This document shows positions 61,306 to 64,000 of a DNA stretch of 64,000 nucleotides, one piece after another. Within the stretch, counting starts at the first letter, position 1, and every line of letters starts with the position of its first letter. The notes beneath the pieces were generated by a model. It saw only the letters and a list, made by a program, of their open reading frames with translations. It was not told where the DNA came from and made no database searches. Both the position numbers and the translations under genes were made by a program. This DNA comes from Marsupella aquatica (taxonomy: Eukaryota; Plantae; Marchantiophyta), in assembly GCA_973895155.1 (NCBI GenBank), contig OZ316892.1:18776357-18840356 (forward strand), given 5' to 3'.

Positions 61306-61771
61306 TGGCAAAAAGACAAATTTTGATTGTGTTAGAATGAAAAGTTTTGATGTGTTAGATGGGGTATGTGGTTGCACCGACATACTCTTCCCAAAAGATG
61401 CAATCATTCTTGCATGCATGAATAACTTTATACTTGAGGCAAATGGACTTGAGTGTTGTTTTTGCCTCCTTCCAAGACCCAACATATTGTTCCCTTAAGG
61501 AAATATGTGCTCAACATGCAGCCAAGTCCAAAATACATCATCTAGTAGGAGATTGCTTCTCCCATGTAGTCTTTGTTGCAAGTCCAACAACAACATAGTT
61601 GATAAAAGATGAGACAATCAGGAGCCATTGATGCTAAGGCTTTGGAATGACCAAAATATCATCAATAACTAATAAGCCATAATATTATCCCATATCAAAT
61701 ATAATGAAGGAAGGCTTTACTATCGACGAATGACCCCTGCCAAATTTCTATTGGTTTCTCCTAGGGGAATG

Positions 61772-64000
61772 TGTGACACGGGCAACGTGTCACTTGACCA
61801 AACCCAGGTTGAAGATTAGGACTTATACGGTCATAAGGACCATAGCCATAGCGTAGAATAGCACGTATAGCCGCCAAGTTGCCATTATGATTAGATTAGG
61901 AGTAGGTTAAGATAACCGAATAATTACGAGTTCAGGAAAGGGATTATTACGCACGACCGAGGTACGGTGGCGGCAGCGGAGTAAAAATCAGTTAGAAGAA
62001 TCACGCTTGGACCGAGACGCCGACTTCAGCTCGTTATCAATGACCAAACGGCCTGACCTTCTCACGCTCGGGCTTGTCCGGGCACCCCCATAAGAGAGGA
62101 GTCGATGGCACTACGGGCCATTCGCTCACGTTTACCTTTTTGGAATTCACGGACGCTGCCATCCGCTCGCCTTTTTGAATCCAGTCGACCTTTACGAGGA
62201 AATTATCGAGGGAGAAGAGCGGAATGTGGTGAGATTTAGTCAGGACGAGCGAGGCCTCCGCGAAAAAGGACTAGCCAGGTGGGAACGTGGACGCAACGAA
62301 CCGGACTACGAGGTTAGTATGACCCTCACAGCCTTGGGATTTTGGACCTTGTTTGGCGAGGTAGGTGCTAAGTTCTCCGAGACTTACTGGTACTCTTGCC
62401 CCGAGAAAGCCGCTTACGAACGAAGGTACGCGAAGCTGGTAACCAAGGTAGCACTGGTTAATTGCGAAAGGACAGCCATCACCAGGGATTCTAGCTATAA
62501 TGAGCTGCGAGACTACATCACCGAACTATATCTCAGCGAGGAAGGGCTTAGATCGGTAGCAGAGGCGATTCTTGAGGTTCCAGCTAAGTTCTTTAAGCTG
62601 AAGGGCAACCAGCGGCTTACTCAAGCGGAGTTCAACAAGATTCCAGGGTACCTAGACCAGTAGATCGCAGCCGAAAAGTGCCAAAAAGACATCAGCAGAC
62701 AACGGGAAGCGGCGCGTAATCTCACATTCCTCAGGGAAAGCTCCAACGCCTTCAACTGGGATATGGCTACCCCAGCGCCTCAACCGATGACCACCGGAGT
62801 ACCGCCAAACCAGTCCCAAGTCCGTCCAGTAATCAACGCGGAGTGTTCTTCGGGTTCCGAGCGAGCTAGTCCGCAACTCGAACAGCGTCCTCGTAAGCGG
62901 TCAAGGACTACAACGGTCCCCGAATCAACACGGACCGACGCTGCGCCTGCACCTGCCCCGGCAAACCCCCCTACCAACCAGACCCGACGGCCCCCGGATA
63001 ACCCAAAGTCCAACTTATTATAGGTAATCCGCGTCCCCGAGGTAGTCTGGATCGCGATCAAGAAACTCGAACATGCGGACTATCTCAAGGAGCATCAGTT
63101 GGAGCGGTTCGCCCACTTACTATGGAGGCCGTGCGCCGCCGGGCCGAAGGAGATTTGTGAGTTCATCTCCAATTTCGACACTGATGCGTCGACCACCAAG
63201 GTTTCGGGGCAGACCTTATCACTCACGGAGCATCGGCTAACACAAATTTTCGGCCTACCAACCGGGCCGGTGCCGGTGGAAATCCGAATTCGGGATAAGG
63301 AGTATACGCCGCGGCACTTCAAACCCGAGGGTAAGACGGACAACGGATACAAGCAGGGGGCGTGCACCAACTTAACCTGTATGGAGCGGCTTAACTTCAT
63401 ACGGACTACCCTACACATGATTGAGCCACGATCCGAGATTTCCCTCTGCACGATAGTGCAGGTGGAACAGTACAAACGACAAAACTGGGCCCAATTCTTC
63501 TACCGAAGATTCTTGGGGGAGCTGAAGCGGGCTCAGGGTGGTATGGCTATTGGAGGGAAGACTTACTTGGGAAGTCATATCGCCATTATCCTTGCCTGGT
63601 ACAAGGCACGGCGGGAGGCCAGAGGAAAGAATACGGCCACCTCAGCCCCGGGTAATGTCACCCCCACCCCAGAGGAGGCAACCCCGACTACGCGGACTAA
63701 TGTCCCTCGGACAAACCCCGAGCCGGAAGCCCCGACTAATACTCTGCAACCGCCCCCTGTGGAAATTCCACCGCCTCCTTCCGTTGAGCCTCCGCTACCT
63801 GCAGTACAACCACCCCCAATCCCTCCACCACCTGAAGAAACCTTCCCCTCCCCAGCGCTGACTACGGAGGAGCTCATTGCCCCTGCCGAGGAACCACCGG
63901 TACCCGAGAGGATGGAGGACTACCAAGTAGCCCCGGGGACCATGGCCTACGATCTGGTCCAGAAGTTTAGCCAGACTATGTCTGGGGAGTTGGCGACATA
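61772..64000 (+). mobile_element. Probable 5' part of a third ORF-bearing LTR, running off the window
   Basis: Abrupt AT-to-GC shift at TGTGACACGGGCAACGTGTCAC (TG start, hairpin), followed by an ORF homologous to the solo-LTR ORF. The far end and TSD cannot be seen. Confidence 0.65.
62040..64000 (+). pseudogene. LTR-embedded ORF homolog with three in-frame stops, open to the window end
   Basis: One frame from ATG 62040, with stops at 62091, 62661 and 63021. LERFAHLLW...ICEFI...LTQIFGLP...TDNGY...TLHMIEPRSEI aligns with LEAFVRLPW...LLEFV...IAKVFGLP...TKNGF...TMHCNLPRAEI at 37155..38279. Confidence 0.8.

Noticed and set aside
61156-61498. 109-aa repeat ORFs on both strands
   Set aside because: Explained by a stop-free 24-bp tandem repeat.

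Overview
Eukaryotic, almost entirely transposon-derived DNA. The element families suggest a land plant, probably a non-seed plant (inference). No ordinary host gene is evident. Layout: a decayed DDD-type (Sola1/DUF7869-like) transposase gene on the minus strand (41106->1393) has been split by three nested insertions, each with an exact target-site duplication (TSD). (1) A very young, intact non-chromovirus Ty3/Gypsy element (1596-16367, TSD ACGTT) whose ~4.1-kb LTRs each contain an intact 618-aa ORF. (2) A complete 16.2-kb CACTA element (16476-32717, TSD TCA). (3) A 5-kb solo LTR (34241-39202, TSD TCCAT) holding a ~1200-codon ORF and a nested MITE. To the right lie a second MITE of the same family, a second diverged CACTA element (~43-54 kb, ends not found), a second Sola-like transposase next to a ParB/Srx-like pseudogene, and the start of a probable third ORF-bearing LTR (61772-end). 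Two candidate novel systems stand out. (A) Both CACTA elements carry the same ordered cargo cassette upstream of tnpD: EDM2-type PHD fingers, tandem Pol-lambda-like BRCT, and an F-box protein. (B) Up to three LTR families encode a large protein inside the LTR itself and start with a terminal hairpin. All domain names come from motif recognition by eye; no searches were run.
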